Counted from the first letter of the whole stretch, positions 37,659 to 49,835 are shown. The stretch is 63,578 nt of DNA, filler included, from Reticulomyxa filosa (GCA_000512085.1; 14 parts of 14 records of this genome joined end to end with filler, not necessarily neighbours in it); one strand, 5' to 3'. Numbers and translations: made by a program. The notes: generated by a model from the sequence alone, not told the origin.

Positions 37659-38363
37659 ATGCAGCACGCTCCTCGTATCCCCATATTGAATGTAAATAAC
37701 GGGAACACAGATCATGTACGCATTTGTGGCTGGATAGACAGTTACGCCAAAAAATACGGCGTTGGCTACTTGCTAAGTAACAAGTGCATGGGCGTGTATT
37801 TCAACGACTCCTCGAAAATCGTGATGTGTCCGGACAAACAGACTGTATTCTACATTGACAACATTTGCACGGGCAAGGACGAGGAGCAACAACGATCTTC
37901 GATTCAAGAAATGTCAATTGGCAATTATCCGTCCCATCTCGCTAAAAAAATGACATTGCTGCTTCATTTTGACAACTATTTGAGACAAAAATGCGAAAAT
38001 GAGAAAGAAAACAAAGAAGAAGAACGCGAAAAAGAAAAAGAAAACGAAAACGAAAACGAAAAAAAAGAAGAAGAAGTTGGAGGGGGCAAATTTGAGCGTG
38101 ACGAAATTGTGTTCGTTCGCAAATATGTCAAAACGAAATATGCCATTTCATTTCGATTGAACAACAAAACTGTACACACAATTTTTATGGACAAAACACA
38201 AGTTGTTGTTTTTACAAACAGTCAGACAATTGTTTATATTGATAAACATCAAAACAAACAATCCATGTCGCTTTGTCAAGCCTTCAATTCACAGTCAAAA
38301 GACTTGCAAAAACGAATGAAATACACTCAAAAGTTGATCGAAAAAGGTTTTAGATCGAGATAA
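37659..38363 (+). CDS. Polo-like kinase C-terminal polo-box domain (PB1+PB2), 5' partial
   Basis: WIDSYAKKYGVGYLLSNKCMGVYFNDSSKIV (PB1), LAKKMTLLLHFDNYL, FVRKYVKTKYAISFRLNNKTV (PB2). Confidence 0.9.
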   Translation: MQHAPRIPILNVNNGNTDHVRICGWIDSYAKKYGVGYLLSNKCMGVYFNDSSKIVMCPDKQTVFYIDNICTGKDEEQQRSSIQEMSIGNYPSHLAKKMTLLLHFDNYLRQKCENEKENKEEEREKEKENENENEKKEEEVGGGKFERDEIVFVRKYVKTKYAISFRLNNKTVHTIFMDKTQVVVFTNSQTIVYIDKHQNKQSMSLCQAFNSQSKDLQKRMKYTQKLIEKGFRSR

Positions 38364-38923
38364 TAATGTGTTTTTTGGTCCATCTATTTAAACTTTGTTA
38401 GTTTGATTTTTGTTTAATTTTTGCTTTTGTGCTTTTTGTATTTTTATCTATTTAAAATTGAAACAATCATATGGTTAAAAAATCATCTATGATCGTAAAT
38501 GTATTCATTATTTCGTCTTTCAAACAAGCGGGGCTCACGTAAAATATTCTCCTATCTTTAGGAGGTTCAACAAAAGCGATCATAACTACTTTTCCGTATG
38601 TTCGTGGTTGATAGTATTGTTAGTTTTGCAAAATGTAAATGAAGTATTGTGATGACTATTTCTCCTGTTTCCAATAAAAAAAATTGAAAAAGACGGTGGT
38701 AACAAATCGTAGAGAAAGATTCAATAATGAAAAACTCAACTGAGGTTAATGTAGCACACAAAACAACCAGCACGACAACACAAACGAAAAGGACGCGTCG
38801 TACAAATCTTTTTCATACGTTCGTTTTTGTTCAAACTCAAGATACGCCCTTCTTTTTTTTTTTTTTGTAGTAAACTTTCGTATCTCATTGTTGGTGTTTG
38901 TCTTTTTTTTACAAGTGCAAAAA

Positions 38924-39710
38924 ATGTCGTTGCTGCTGAGAAGATCATTCTTAAGACCAGTGAGACATTGTGGTGCTGTTTCGATCAAACCAACTAGACG
39001 TACCCGACAAATATCAAGTTATGTTCACAGACACATAGGACCGCAAGCCGGAGACATGGAGAAAATTCTTTCAACATTGAAAGTGAAAAATTTGGGTGAG
39101 TTAATGGACAAGACAGTGCCTTCGCATATTCGATTAAAAAAAAGGTTGCAATTACCTGAAGGTATTTCAGAAGTGGAAGCATTAAGCGAATTAAAAAAAA
39201 TAATGTCTGGAAATGAGATTTGGAAATCATTTATTGGCCAAGGTTATTATAATACGATTACTCCAACTGTGATTTTACGAAATATAATTGAAAATCCTTC
39301 TTGGTATACTCCATATACTCCATATCAAGCAGAAATTGCACAAGGACGATTAGAAATGCTGCTTAATTTTCAGACAATGGTAAGTGATTTGGTCGGTAAA
39401 CCTTTATGTAACGCAAGTCTATTGGATGAAGCTACAAGCTGTGCGGAGGCTGTTCATATGGCTTGGAGCAGCGTTCATGGGTTGACCAGCAAAGGAGACG
39501 AACGTAACACTGTCCTTGTGTCTGAGAATGTACATATCCAAAACATTGCTGTTATTCAAACGAGATCAGAGCCGTTAGGAATTCAAGTCAAAATTGTCAA
39601 GGACAACCAAATTGAAGCGAGTCTCGATGAGCATGTATTTGGTGTGTTAGTTCAATATCCAAATACAAATGGTGATATCAAAGACTTTGGCGCATTGACA
39701 AAAGAGGTTG
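38924..39710 (+). CDS. gcvP: Glycine dehydrogenase (decarboxylating), glycine cleavage P protein, mitochondrial, 3' partial
   Basis: Arg-rich transit peptide MSLLLRRSFLRPVR; RHIGP, SFIGQGYY, RNIIENPSWYTPYTPYQAEIAQGRLE, NASLLDEAT, VQYPNT. Confidence 0.95.
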
Positions 39711-39810
39711 NNNNNNNNNNNNNNNNNNNNNNNNNNNNNNNNNNNNNNNNNNNNTTAATTAATTAANNNNNNNNNNNNNNNNNNNNNNNNNNNNNNNNNN
39801 NNNNNNNNNN
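39711..39810. other. Artificial contig linker
   Basis: N44-TTAATTAATTAA-N44. Confidence 0.97.
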
Positions 39811-40500
39811 TGACTTTGAATCAATTTCTTTTTATTCAGTTTTTCATTTTTTTTATTGTTACTCAATTCCAAAATTTGCATTTTCTTTTGCAAGCTCTGA
39901 GAGTATACTCTTTCTTGCACTTTCAGTTTTTCAATTTCTTCGCTGCCCATTTCAACACATGTGTTTTTGCATATTATGTTCCCATTTGTTGCCGTGTCCC
40001 ATTCATCCGAGCCATCGCAACAATCACAGATTCCATCATTCACAAATGACGACAACACATATCGTCCGTAATATCCTTGATTTCGACAATAAAACTTTCC
40101 ATTGTTGCACGCATTTGTGCCTTTGTATTATCATTTTAAAAAAAAAAAAAAAAAAAAATAATGATTTTTACATTTGTACACAATGCATTGATTTCAGATC
40201 ATACCAGGCTCATCCAGCCCTGTTTCTTCGCAGTCACAGTAGTTATCGTTGATAAAACTTGCTGGAATTTGTTTGGCAGATGGACCTCCACAAGAAATAA
40301 TTTCATGGGTGTATACCTCACAAGCTGTAAAAATTCAATTTTCCTTGCATCCAAAAGTGTACAGAAATCTCCGACTTTTTTTTTGTGTCATTGAAACAGT
40401 TCACTTAACACTTGGGATGAGCACCTCGCACATTACAATTACCATTGCTCAAAAAAGGGAAGAAAACAAAAAAAAGCGAGATTGTTATCTTCCAGAGCAT
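39811..40500 (-). CDS. Glucosidase II beta subunit (PRKCSH-like), 3' partial
   Basis: Signal peptide MLWKITISLFFVFFPFL, VRGAHP, INDNYCDCEETGLDEPG, SSFVNDGICDCCDGSDE, C.NTC, then coiled coil. Confidence 0.88.
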
Positions 40501-40938
40501 TGATGCAACGTTTGATTGGTTTTATCTTCAAAGATTTTTTTTTCAGGTACCAGATTTAATACAAATTATGGTCCTCCCCCCCCCGTCGTATGAGTTTTTC
40601 ATCACTAGTTTTATCAGTCAAAAGCTGAAAGATGTTACGACGTTAACAAATCTATTTATTCATTTGCACATTAATAACATTTGTTCGCATGATTGACTTG
40701 TTCTTCAAAAATGTATTGAAAGAGGCTCAACAATAAAACGTTTTTGGTTCAATATAGGATGGCCGCCGTCTGCAAAATTTAAGTTTTTAATTTTTGGAAA
40801 GCAAGTTGCGTTGAAGATTGCAAGAGGCAGAAGTTTATGTATTTTGAACAGTGGGGCAAAGTTGTGAATACAGAACTCAAAAATCACAGGCTTTTTCAAT
40901 GGTGTTTTAAAAATAAACAACAAAAACCAAGACAAGCT

Positions 40939-40969
<31 letters not shown>

Positions 40970-41046
40970 GTAGGAGATAAAAAAAAAAAAATGGCTGTTG
41001 AAAAAAGTACAAACAAAAAAAAAAGATGAAATAGAAGGATGAAGGG

Positions 41047-42736
41047 TCAGACTTGTTGGATAGTGGCATCGACTGGTGGAACCGAATTTGCATCGAGTGA
41101 ACGCGAAGAGTTTTTGTGATTTCCCCAAATATAATGCAAAAAGCGAGAAGCAGTGCTTTGTTTGAAAGCAGGCTGAGTTAGTTTTTGTGAGGCCGTGTAA
41201 TCGAGTTTTGCGTCCGCAGCCTCCAACTTTGGCTGTTCGTGTTCTTCCCATTGCATGCGTTCGAGCAAATATCGCGAGAGATAGTCATAGACGCGCCAGA
41301 AGGGGAGCTTCTTCACTCTCACCATTTGCAAAAGAGCCTCAGAAGAAACGTCAACATTGGGATGTTGTATCTTCAGAGCCGCACAAGTCAAGTGTAGATA
41401 CTCCTCATACGCGTCATTGGACTTGAGTTCTTTGCTACTGCCATTCTGTTGTACAAGTGATGATGTTTTTGCGATATCAGTTACATTCAATTTCTCTACT
41501 TCTTCTTCTTCTTCTTCTTCTTGTTCGAGAGCAGGTTGATTATGATGGTAATGGTGATCGTGCTGCTGACAAATATCGACATTAATGGTTAAATTATTGT
41601 CATTCTCACTCATTTGTGAGGAACGATCACTCGTGTCCTCCTCCTCCTCCTCCTCCTCCTCCTCTTCTTTGTCCATAAGTGGGAGTTTAGGAAGTTGCTT
41701 CAATTCCTCCAACAGATTTTGTTCGTCTTCATTCACATTGTGATTAGTATTGTCATTGTAATCCCTATGATCATGATCATGGTAGTGATCGTGATCGTGA
41801 TCGTGATCGTGATCATTGGGATTAGAGTGCATCGAAGCCAGGGTATACTCGTGACCTACTCGACTCAATTCCATCTGATAATTGAATGCCAAATTTGGAG
41901 TCGCTTGACCGTGACAAAACGGAGTTATGCTCGGTGGGAACAGATGCGGTGTATGCTGAGCCACTTGGGTCAGATGCGGGGTGTGTTGAGCCACTTGGGT
42001 CAGATGCAATACTTGCTTTTCCAATGCAAGCTTTTCCACAATTAGACACTGCACGTACTCGCTCAAATTCTTTTCCTTCTCTTTCAACTCATCCATTTCT
42101 TGCTCATATTTTTTCATATCATTCTGCATCGAGGTCAGCGCTTCGTAGTAATTGCTCAGAATGAATGTGTCATTGCCGTTGTCTCTTTTTCGTGTCCCTT
42201 TTCTTCGGACTTTTCCTTCGCTTCATGCGATTGATTCGTTGGCAAATTTGTTCCGTTTTTATCTTTCTCATTTTTGCTTTCCTTTTCTTTTTCTTTTTCT
42301 TTTTCTTTGTCCATGCCTTGCATGGCGCTATTGCGTCCCTTTCCATATCTTTGGACATTGACTCGATCATTATTTCATAACTTATTATGCGGTCCGTCGC
42401 CAATGCCAATTTTTCTTCCATCATTGTAAGCTCGCTTACCAATTGCGCATTTGTCGCCTTTAGGCTCTTCATTTCTTCTCTGTAATGGGCCTCTTGCAAC
42501 TTGCATGTTTCCAAACATATCCTGCTCTCTGCTAACTGGGCCTTGTATTGCTCTATCTCCATCTTGTACTGGTTGTTCTCTTCCATCACTTCCAGTCCTG
42601 ATTCCATCAGTGCATTCAACTGATTCTCTTTGCTTTGCAGCTCTTCTTCCAAGAGCTTCAAATGAGAAACAGCTTCTCCAAGCTCTAATCTATCTCCAAC
42701 GTCAATATCTTCTCTAAATTCGTTGCTCACTGACAT
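41047..42736 (-). CDS. Coiled-coil protein with a CC1-box-like motif (BICD/BICDR/HAP1-type N-terminus?)
   Basis: ORFs 42170..42742 and 41047..42129 are joined through frameshift(s); long heptad region with KENQLNALMESGLEVMEEN. Confidence 0.6.
41941..42007. repeat. 30-bp tandem duplication encoding HLTQVAQHTP x2
   Basis: cagatgcggtgtatgctgagccacttgggt / cagatgcggggtgtgttgagccacttgggt / cagatgc. Confidence 0.9.
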
Positions 42737-43153
42737 GTTCAACCCCTAATTTATTTCTAAATTTTTACAAGATAAGCCCCATCAATAACTAAAGATTCCC
42801 CCTCTTTTTCTTGTTCCCGTTTAATGCTGCAAACTTTTAAATCATATTTCACTTGCAATAAAAAAAAAAAATTGAACAAAATCCGTCATTTGAAATAAAA
42901 TGTAATTGAAATTTTTTCTCTTTTTTAATGTTTTTGAGGTTAATTTGATATTTCTTGGCATGCCTCTGGTCATAGTAATAATTTTAGAAGAGACTATAGG
43001 AATTTAACAAGAACGTGAACATTCTCTTCCGCTGTTGTCGTCACAAAACTAGATCAGAAACTTTGTACCGCTCAAGAGTGTGACAGTGCCTCACAAGCAA
43101 TAAAAGGAAAAAATTCAGATTTTTTTATCCCTCTTGAATCCATTGGATTGATA

Positions 43154-43568
43154 ATGACTGAAACTGGACTGCTTGGGGAAGAAAAACATGATCCTTCAAT
43201 TGAGCCGATAAATAGTCCCCGGAAAATAAAGAATGTAGCAGTGGAGTTGGTAGAAGTGGAAGAGTCAGAAGGTCCCTCGACAAGGATTGACCGAGAGTTA
43301 GCAGCAGAGCGCGTTCCAACAATGACTTTCAGCAAAGGGACGAAAAACGGAAACGGTTTGTCAAGACAAGATGTGATCGCACAGCACTTTAGCGTAATGC
43401 GATTATCATCATCCTCACCAAACGCAAACGAAGATCCAAAACACCAAATGGTGAGAATCAATCCAGTCAGTCGATTTTGGTTGGATATTGTCGGTTGGAT
43501 TCTCACTTTATTTGTTCTCCCGTTGTCGTTTATTATTGGCAACCTAGTATCACCCTTTATCTTTGCAG
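43154..43568 (+). CDS. First exon of a hypothetical membrane protein
   Basis: Hydrophilic N-terminus, then FWLDIVGWILTLFVLPLSFIIGNLVSPFIFA; GT donor at 43569; truncated by the linker. Confidence 0.55.
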
Positions 43569-43626
43569 GTTCGTGTCTTGTCTGTATTACTTATATTTTA
43601 TACGATATGTATTTTTTTTTTTTGGG

Positions 43627-43726
43627 NNNNNNNNNNNNNNNNNNNNNNNNNNNNNNNNNNNNNNNNNNNNTTAATTAATTAANNNNNNNNNNNNNNNNNN
43701 NNNNNNNNNNNNNNNNNNNNNNNNNN
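43627..43726. other. Artificial contig linker
   Basis: N44-TTAATTAATTAA-N44. Confidence 0.97.
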
Positions 43727-44495
43727 GTGCGCCTGTCCATTTCTCATCCCCCCTAAATACTGTTTTCAGACACTACGACAAGAATTGAGATACCCTTTTT
43801 GACCTCTGAAACGTCAAAGCACTCTGAAATTTGATTTGAAGAAGGGGCATGGGCAGCGCAAATGGTGATACGAGTGAAATTGCTCGTGGTGCGGTTAGTG
43901 GGCGAAGCGGAGCTGACAAGACAAAAAAAGATAGCCTTGCCCGTCGTAATGGGAAAAAAATTGAATAGTAAAAAAAAAGAGTGATAATAAAAAAGAAAAA
44001 AAAAGAAAATTATTATGTAGAAAATTAAAAGTGATAAAAAAAATATCAAAAAAAATTAGATTTGTCTTTGTACTTTATTGTAAAATTGTTTGATTTGTAC
44101 AGACCTCATCATTACATGTTGTATATGTTTAGTTTAACTTTTTCTTTGTGTTAGCATATCTTTAGAGAGATGATTATAAGTATATCGAAATAGACATAGT
44201 CCACCACAAAACGCAAATAAATGTGCCAAAAATTGTCATAACGAACAAAATTCAACTTTACTTTTTTTCTGTAAATATAATAAACTAATAGATTTGCTAA
44301 TTCTAAAGTATGTCGAGTTTGAGCAAAAGTGGGATTAAATATTGATTTTCCATTAGAATGATTATTCCTCTAATGTTACTTTGGTTGTGCATTTCGTTTG
44401 AATAATAAAACATGAAAGCGAACACTGCGACAAAGTGACAAAGGCATCACACGTGCAAACATAATTACTTAAAAAAAGACCTTTCAACAAGTATG

Positions 44496-45524
44496 TCAGC
44501 AAGAGCATGAATTACCATTATTAGCGTTTTCAACATTGACAACATTGACAGGATTAGCAGCATTGTTAACGTTTCTCGGGGTCAAGAGAATAAGTTTGTA
44601 AACGTGTACTGCAAAATCAAGAAAAGATGCAGAGACATTTGCACCAGAGGCACAAGAAATTTCAAAGAATTTGGCATTGTTTTGTATCGCAAAGTTGAGT
44701 CCATCTTCGGAAGGGATGCGAGCTTGCTCTTTGGAGTCCATTTTATTCGCGACAACCGCGATATGAATGTCACGCCCTGTTTCGTTGATATCTACGATCC
44801 AGTTCGAGCAACTTTTCAATGTTTCTCGATCATTGACGTCATATATCAATATGGCGCCATCAGCTGCACGAATGTGGTTTTTTGTGATTGGAGCGAATCT
44901 CTCTTGTCCGGAAGTATCACACAGTTCCACCAAAATGGCGTCATGCATTTCGTTTGCTGTTGTGTGTTTTTTTTCCTCTCCAATTTATAATGTAAAAAAA
45001 TTTGTAATGTAGATCCAACTGAGTTCAATAAATACACTTGCGAATTCAATACCGACCGTCGGAGGTTGATGCTCTGAAAAACGGTCAAAATTGACTCTGC
45101 TAAGAAAAGAAGACTTGCCCACCCCACTGCTTCCGACTAAAATCAGTCGAACTTTTGGAATTTTCCCTTGATTATACAGTTTTTTGAAATGTGCATATTT
45201 GTTTCGATCGTGAGCCAAAACGATCCTTGATGAAGATTTGGGGTATACCAATTGTTTCTTTTGAGAGACCCATTCTTTCAGATAGGCTTTCAGTCGACAA
45301 CGGTCCACTTGCGAAGTTATTTCTAGCTCGTTACAGAAGTTACGATAACTTGTCTCTTCCAAATCGACTTCCTCTAACTCGGGCATTCCGATCCCATTTT
45401 TAGAAAAGTTCTTGGAAAGACGAAACAAGTTACAGTTTTTCAAAAATTCATCCAGTTCATTCGAAGGCTGATCTTCTTTCTTTTCTTCGTCCACATTTTG
45501 AGAGTTTTGTTCTTCGGCACTCAT
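44496..45524 (-). CDS. Rab-family small GTPase with N-terminal SAM-like domain
   Basis: G1 GSSGVGKS, G2 TVGIEF, G3 CDTSGQERF, G4 NKMD, G5 EISCA, C-terminal CSC prenylation motif. Intron 44957..45019 joins the two ORFs in frame. Confidence 0.88.
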
Positions 45525-45772
45525 CAGTCCCACTTGAACTAAGATATTCGGTCCTTTTCTCTCAAAATGATCAACAAAAAAACTACCCCACTTTACAAAA
45601 ACAGACTATTCTTATGTCTAAGTGCACATCAAATGTTCGTTAAAGCTCTTTCATCCAATTTTGTCATTCGCAGGTTTTATTTGAATTAGTGGAAGTGTAG
45701 ATTGAAATTTTTTAACTTTTGTATTTTTCTGCCCTTACATGTACTTCGCCTTGGTCAGTTTGAAAAAACAAG

Positions 45773-46944
45773 ATGCATAATGAATCTTCGAACCACAAAC
45801 TAGAAATGCAAAAGACTGAGAATTCAAAACAGCCATTATTGGCAAATGGTGTCCACGAAACAGAAGACCCGTTAGTCAGTCAACTGCCAAAAGAACTGAT
45901 AAAATATGTGGAAAAACCAGGCCAAAGAAAAGAAGCCATTGCATTTGTAAGTCGACCGCCACTGTACGAAGGATTTCATTGTTGCTTATCAGCACTGTTG
46001 TGTTGCTATTCCTGGTCTCGGATGGTCGTGGTGAAACAGGTTTTTTTTTTTAATACGTAAAAAAAAAAAAGGATCATTATGGATTGTGCATTTTCGAGCT
46101 TTTTATTGTTTTTGCGTTGTAATGGGAAAAAAAGGGTCAAATTGCGTTGACTCAATTTGGTGACGAGCCTCAGTTATTAGGACCAGGCCGACATGTATTG
46201 TTAAGCCCATGGAATGAATTACTGGCTGTCAAAGATGAGACAGATCAAATCATCCAACACGGTCCTAATTTTATTATCAAGGTGAAAAGGGGAGAGTTAG
46301 GATATGGCATTGATTTAAATGACGGGCATCCGATCCTATTATCTCAAGGTTTACGTACAGACAATTCAAAAAAAAAAATTTCTCACCTTTTTTTCCCCCC
46401 CCCCCTCTCTTCTTCGTAGCTTTGTTCTTTTTTTTTTTCCTGACCTTTTGAATACGTAATCAAATTAACCTTAGTGATTGTTTTTGTTGTATTCCCTAAC
46501 TCCCATTCCAGGAAAACACGTCATCAGATCAAATACCTTTTTATTCAAACAATTTGTCACATTGCGTGATCGTCGCACCTTTTTGGACCAAATCGAAATT
46601 ATTCGCGTGGAAATGGGTATTAAAGAATGTTTTTCTTTTTGGAGGGATTTTTTTGTTGACTATTTAATCCTTACCGTTCCTTCATCTCTTTCTCTTCTCT
46701 CTCTCCTCAAAAAAAAAAAGGGTGCACGTATATACACGTTAATATAAAAATATTGAATGTTGTGAATAGGTTGGGTTGGATACTGCTATCGTGCAGGAGC
46801 TCTGACAATATTGGAACCAGGCTTGCATTTGATTGCACCACCAGACAGATTCGGCGATTTCTTGTCCACCCAATTATCAATCATCGATTTGCCCGAAGGA
46901 GTACATGATACTTCGGATTATGTGCCATTGGCAATCAAAGCAGG
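45773..46944 (+). CDS. Vacuolin-like SPFH/Band-7 protein, 3' partial, multi-exon
   Basis: Three repeats of V..G.(I/L/V)(A/G)....G....L.(P/Q)G.H (VKQGQIA..LLGPGRH; VKRGELG..LLSQGKH; VEMGWVG..ILEPGLH), then the SPFH motif TSDYVPLAIKA. Confidence 0.75.
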
Positions 46945-46963
46945 TGAGGTCGAACAAAACAAA

Positions 46964-47063
46964 NNNNNNNNNNNNNNNNNNNNNNNNNNNNNNNNNNNNN
47001 NNNNNNNTTAATTAATTAANNNNNNNNNNNNNNNNNNNNNNNNNNNNNNNNNNNNNNNNNNNN
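46964..47063. other. Artificial contig linker
   Basis: N44-TTAATTAATTAA-N44. Confidence 0.97.
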
Positions 47064-47672
47064 CATTTTTTTCAAGCTTTGACTTGGATTGTTTCAAAGG
47101 CAAAAGTCATTTATATTGAAATTCGAATTTAATTTTTTTTGTTGTTGTTAATCCAAAGCATTGCAGATTATTATGTTATTTTTTTTACTTTTGAGTGAAT
47201 AAAGAACAGGAATTCAAAATAATAAAAACAATCTGAATTTGTTTTGATTGTTTACTGATTATGAGATTTTTTTTATTATGCTCTTCTCTTTAAAAAAATT
47301 TTGAATTTTTTGTTGCAAAAGAGAATCAGGAAAGACCGTTAATCAATTTTTAATTGTGATAAAAAAAAATAAAAATATTTAAGAAAGGATATACTTTCTT
47401 TGTTTTTTGATCATTAACAAAAAACCTTTTCTTTCCAGTTAATCCTTTGGATCAAAAGTAGTAAGTTTCGATTGATAAAATTAGAGTGATTCTGAAAACT
47501 TTTTATCCGTATTAGAATTATTAAAATCTTAGCTTACAGATTTACCATACTTTAATCAAGCAAAAATAAACGTAAAGTTTACTTTTCTAAGCTGACCATA
47601 TTTATCAGGAAATAATTTAACAATTTTTTAAAAAATTTTTAACCTTTTTAATATCTTCTGCATACTACCAAC

Positions 47673-48320
47673 ATGAGTACTCAAAACTTGAAGGATTTAC
47701 CCATTCCACTTTTTGACTCATGTTTGTATCTTATACAAACATGAACTCCTCATTTGTGGAGATTTTAAGCAAAGAGATTGTTATTCGTATCATACACTCA
47801 AAGACGATACAAGTGTGTCTGTGAATATCCAAGTGATATTACATTAGACGGGCACTGTGCAGTGATGACAACAACAAAGACAACGATGAAATCACTTTGT
47901 TGTCTTTTGGCGGATCTAAATATTCAAAGAAGCATACATTGGTAATGAATTATGTAAATGTTTGAAGTAAGAATAGTAGAAGGAATACATTTAAGAAACG
48001 GAAACAACGCAACCAATGGATTCCTTTCACAAACAATCAAAATAATACAATTTGCGTTGGAAAAAATGAAGATTATTATCAAGGAGTACGTGCAATGGTT
48101 GGTTATTATAAAAATAATATTAGCATGTTTAATTTAAATACATTTCAATTTATTAAACATGATACTTTATCACTAATGATTGGACATGCTATATCAAAAT
48201 CTAAAATTGGAAAAGATAAAATCATAAAAATGGATACAAATATTTTTCTCGTAAAAATATTAATTAAAAAAACATCTTTATTACAAACGAAAAAAGAAAT
48301 GAAACTTTACTCTTGTTAGT
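47673..48320 (+). pseudogene. Decayed Kelch-like beta-propeller gene (Reticulomyxa-type expanded family)
   Basis: Across frames: LKDLPIPL, KHELLICG, RDCYSYHTLK, CEYPSDITLDGHC, EITLLSFGGSKYSKKHTLVM, NQWIPFT; multiple stops and frameshifts. Confidence 0.75.
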
Positions 48321-48579
48321 CTTTCAATACCTTTTTATTGATGACAAACTGGTGTTAATTTATTTATTACTCATCATTTTAACAATATTTCTAAATTGAA
48401 TAGAAAGCGAATGACACGAAATATTTTCTAATAGTCAAAGTAACCATTTTTTCACCACACATCATCGAAAAATTATGACAACATATAACTATGAAAAACA
48501 AGCTCAAAATTAGCTGACATTAGTAAGTATCATTTTCATCTTAGAAAGCTAGTTGTTGTCATAACTTTGTGGTTGAATC

Positions 48580-48880
48580 AGTCGAAACAAGAAGAGATAC
48601 AAACAAATATTAAAAATAAAATAGGATGGATCCATGAATTTGACAAGCTTGTTGTCAAATATGTTATGTTTTTTTTTTCAATTTAATAAAAATATTTAAA
48701 TATTATCATAATTAAAATTTAATACCTTTTTCATACTTAAAGTATTTGATTCGTCTAAATTACTCAAAACATTCATTGGACACACAAATAGCGTGTATAG
48801 TATTGATTATTCAATACTTGATGATCATCAATTTATTTATCCTGGATCAGATGATAGAACAGTTCGTGCGTGTGGTATGT
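48580..48880 (+). pseudogene. Decayed WD40-repeat gene fragment
   Basis: KIGWIHEFDKLVVKY, intron, SSKLLKTFIGHTNSVYSIDYS..DDHQFIYPGSDDRTVR, then breaks off. Confidence 0.8.
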
Positions 48881-49735
48881 TAAAGACAAAAAAAATTGAA
48901 TTGTTGGGAATACAACTGATGTTGGCGATTTCAAAATTTTAACTTTCTCTTTTAAAAAACTTTATTTACAAAAATACAAAATCTATTTTCTTTCGTTTTT
49001 CATTTTTGCCATTTACATATATATCTGTTTTTGTATTAAACCAACATATAGTTTTTTAAAAAAAATGAAAAAGGGACATGTATCGAATGGAAAAAACTTG
49101 GATGACTGTTCAAAAACTGATGAAATTGCTCAAAAGGTATTCACAGAAAAGAGATTTCAAAAAGAGGATAGCAAATGCAGACTTGAAAAAGCGTTGTCCA
49201 AGTATACGACGAAATCAACAGAAAGTGAAACTCCAGTTTGATTGAGGCGAAACCTGCAGCTGCAGAAAAAGAAAAGAAAGAGAGTTTAATGGAAAATATT
49301 GGATTACTGAAGAAATGCAATAAGTCATTTCGATTTGAACACACAAATAAACAATTTTAAAAAAAAGGACAGTTTCTTGAACGACGTGGAAAATTTACAA
49401 TCGAAATGACGTATTAAAAAGTTGCAAGAGCCAAATTAAAAATTTTATTGAGATGCAATCATTTATGACTGCGAATCAATTGTGTCCAAATTCACAAGCT
49501 TGCCAATGCCTCAGCTCTCTTTGAAAATGGAGAGTTGAAATTGATACCAAACCTTGCTTTGCGACACGAGATTAAATTTTTAAAGTCAAAGCAGTAACCA
49601 AGCTCACAAAACGTTAGTTGTTAAGTTTGCGGTCGAGTAATTATTGCATTGAATATAATACCAGTTTCATTCAAAAGTGTGAATGTTACATGGTTTGATT
49701 TTGTTTGGTTTCGATCAAGTGTTAAAAAGCGACAA

Positions 49736-49835
49736 NNNNNNNNNNNNNNNNNNNNNNNNNNNNNNNNNNNNNNNNNNNNTTAATTAATTAANNNNNNNNN
49801 NNNNNNNNNNNNNNNNNNNNNNNNNNNNNNNNNNN
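49736..49835. other. Artificial contig linker
   Basis: N44-TTAATTAATTAA-N44. Confidence 0.97.

Noticed and set aside
38924-39710. Intronless gcvP as bacterial HGT or contamination
   Set aside because: It has a mitochondrial transit peptide and shares the fragment with a eukaryotic polo-box gene.
43727-43880. Possible terminal exon (..PLKRQSTLKFDLKKGHGQRKW*)
   Set aside because: Short, interrupted by a stop, and no family recognised.
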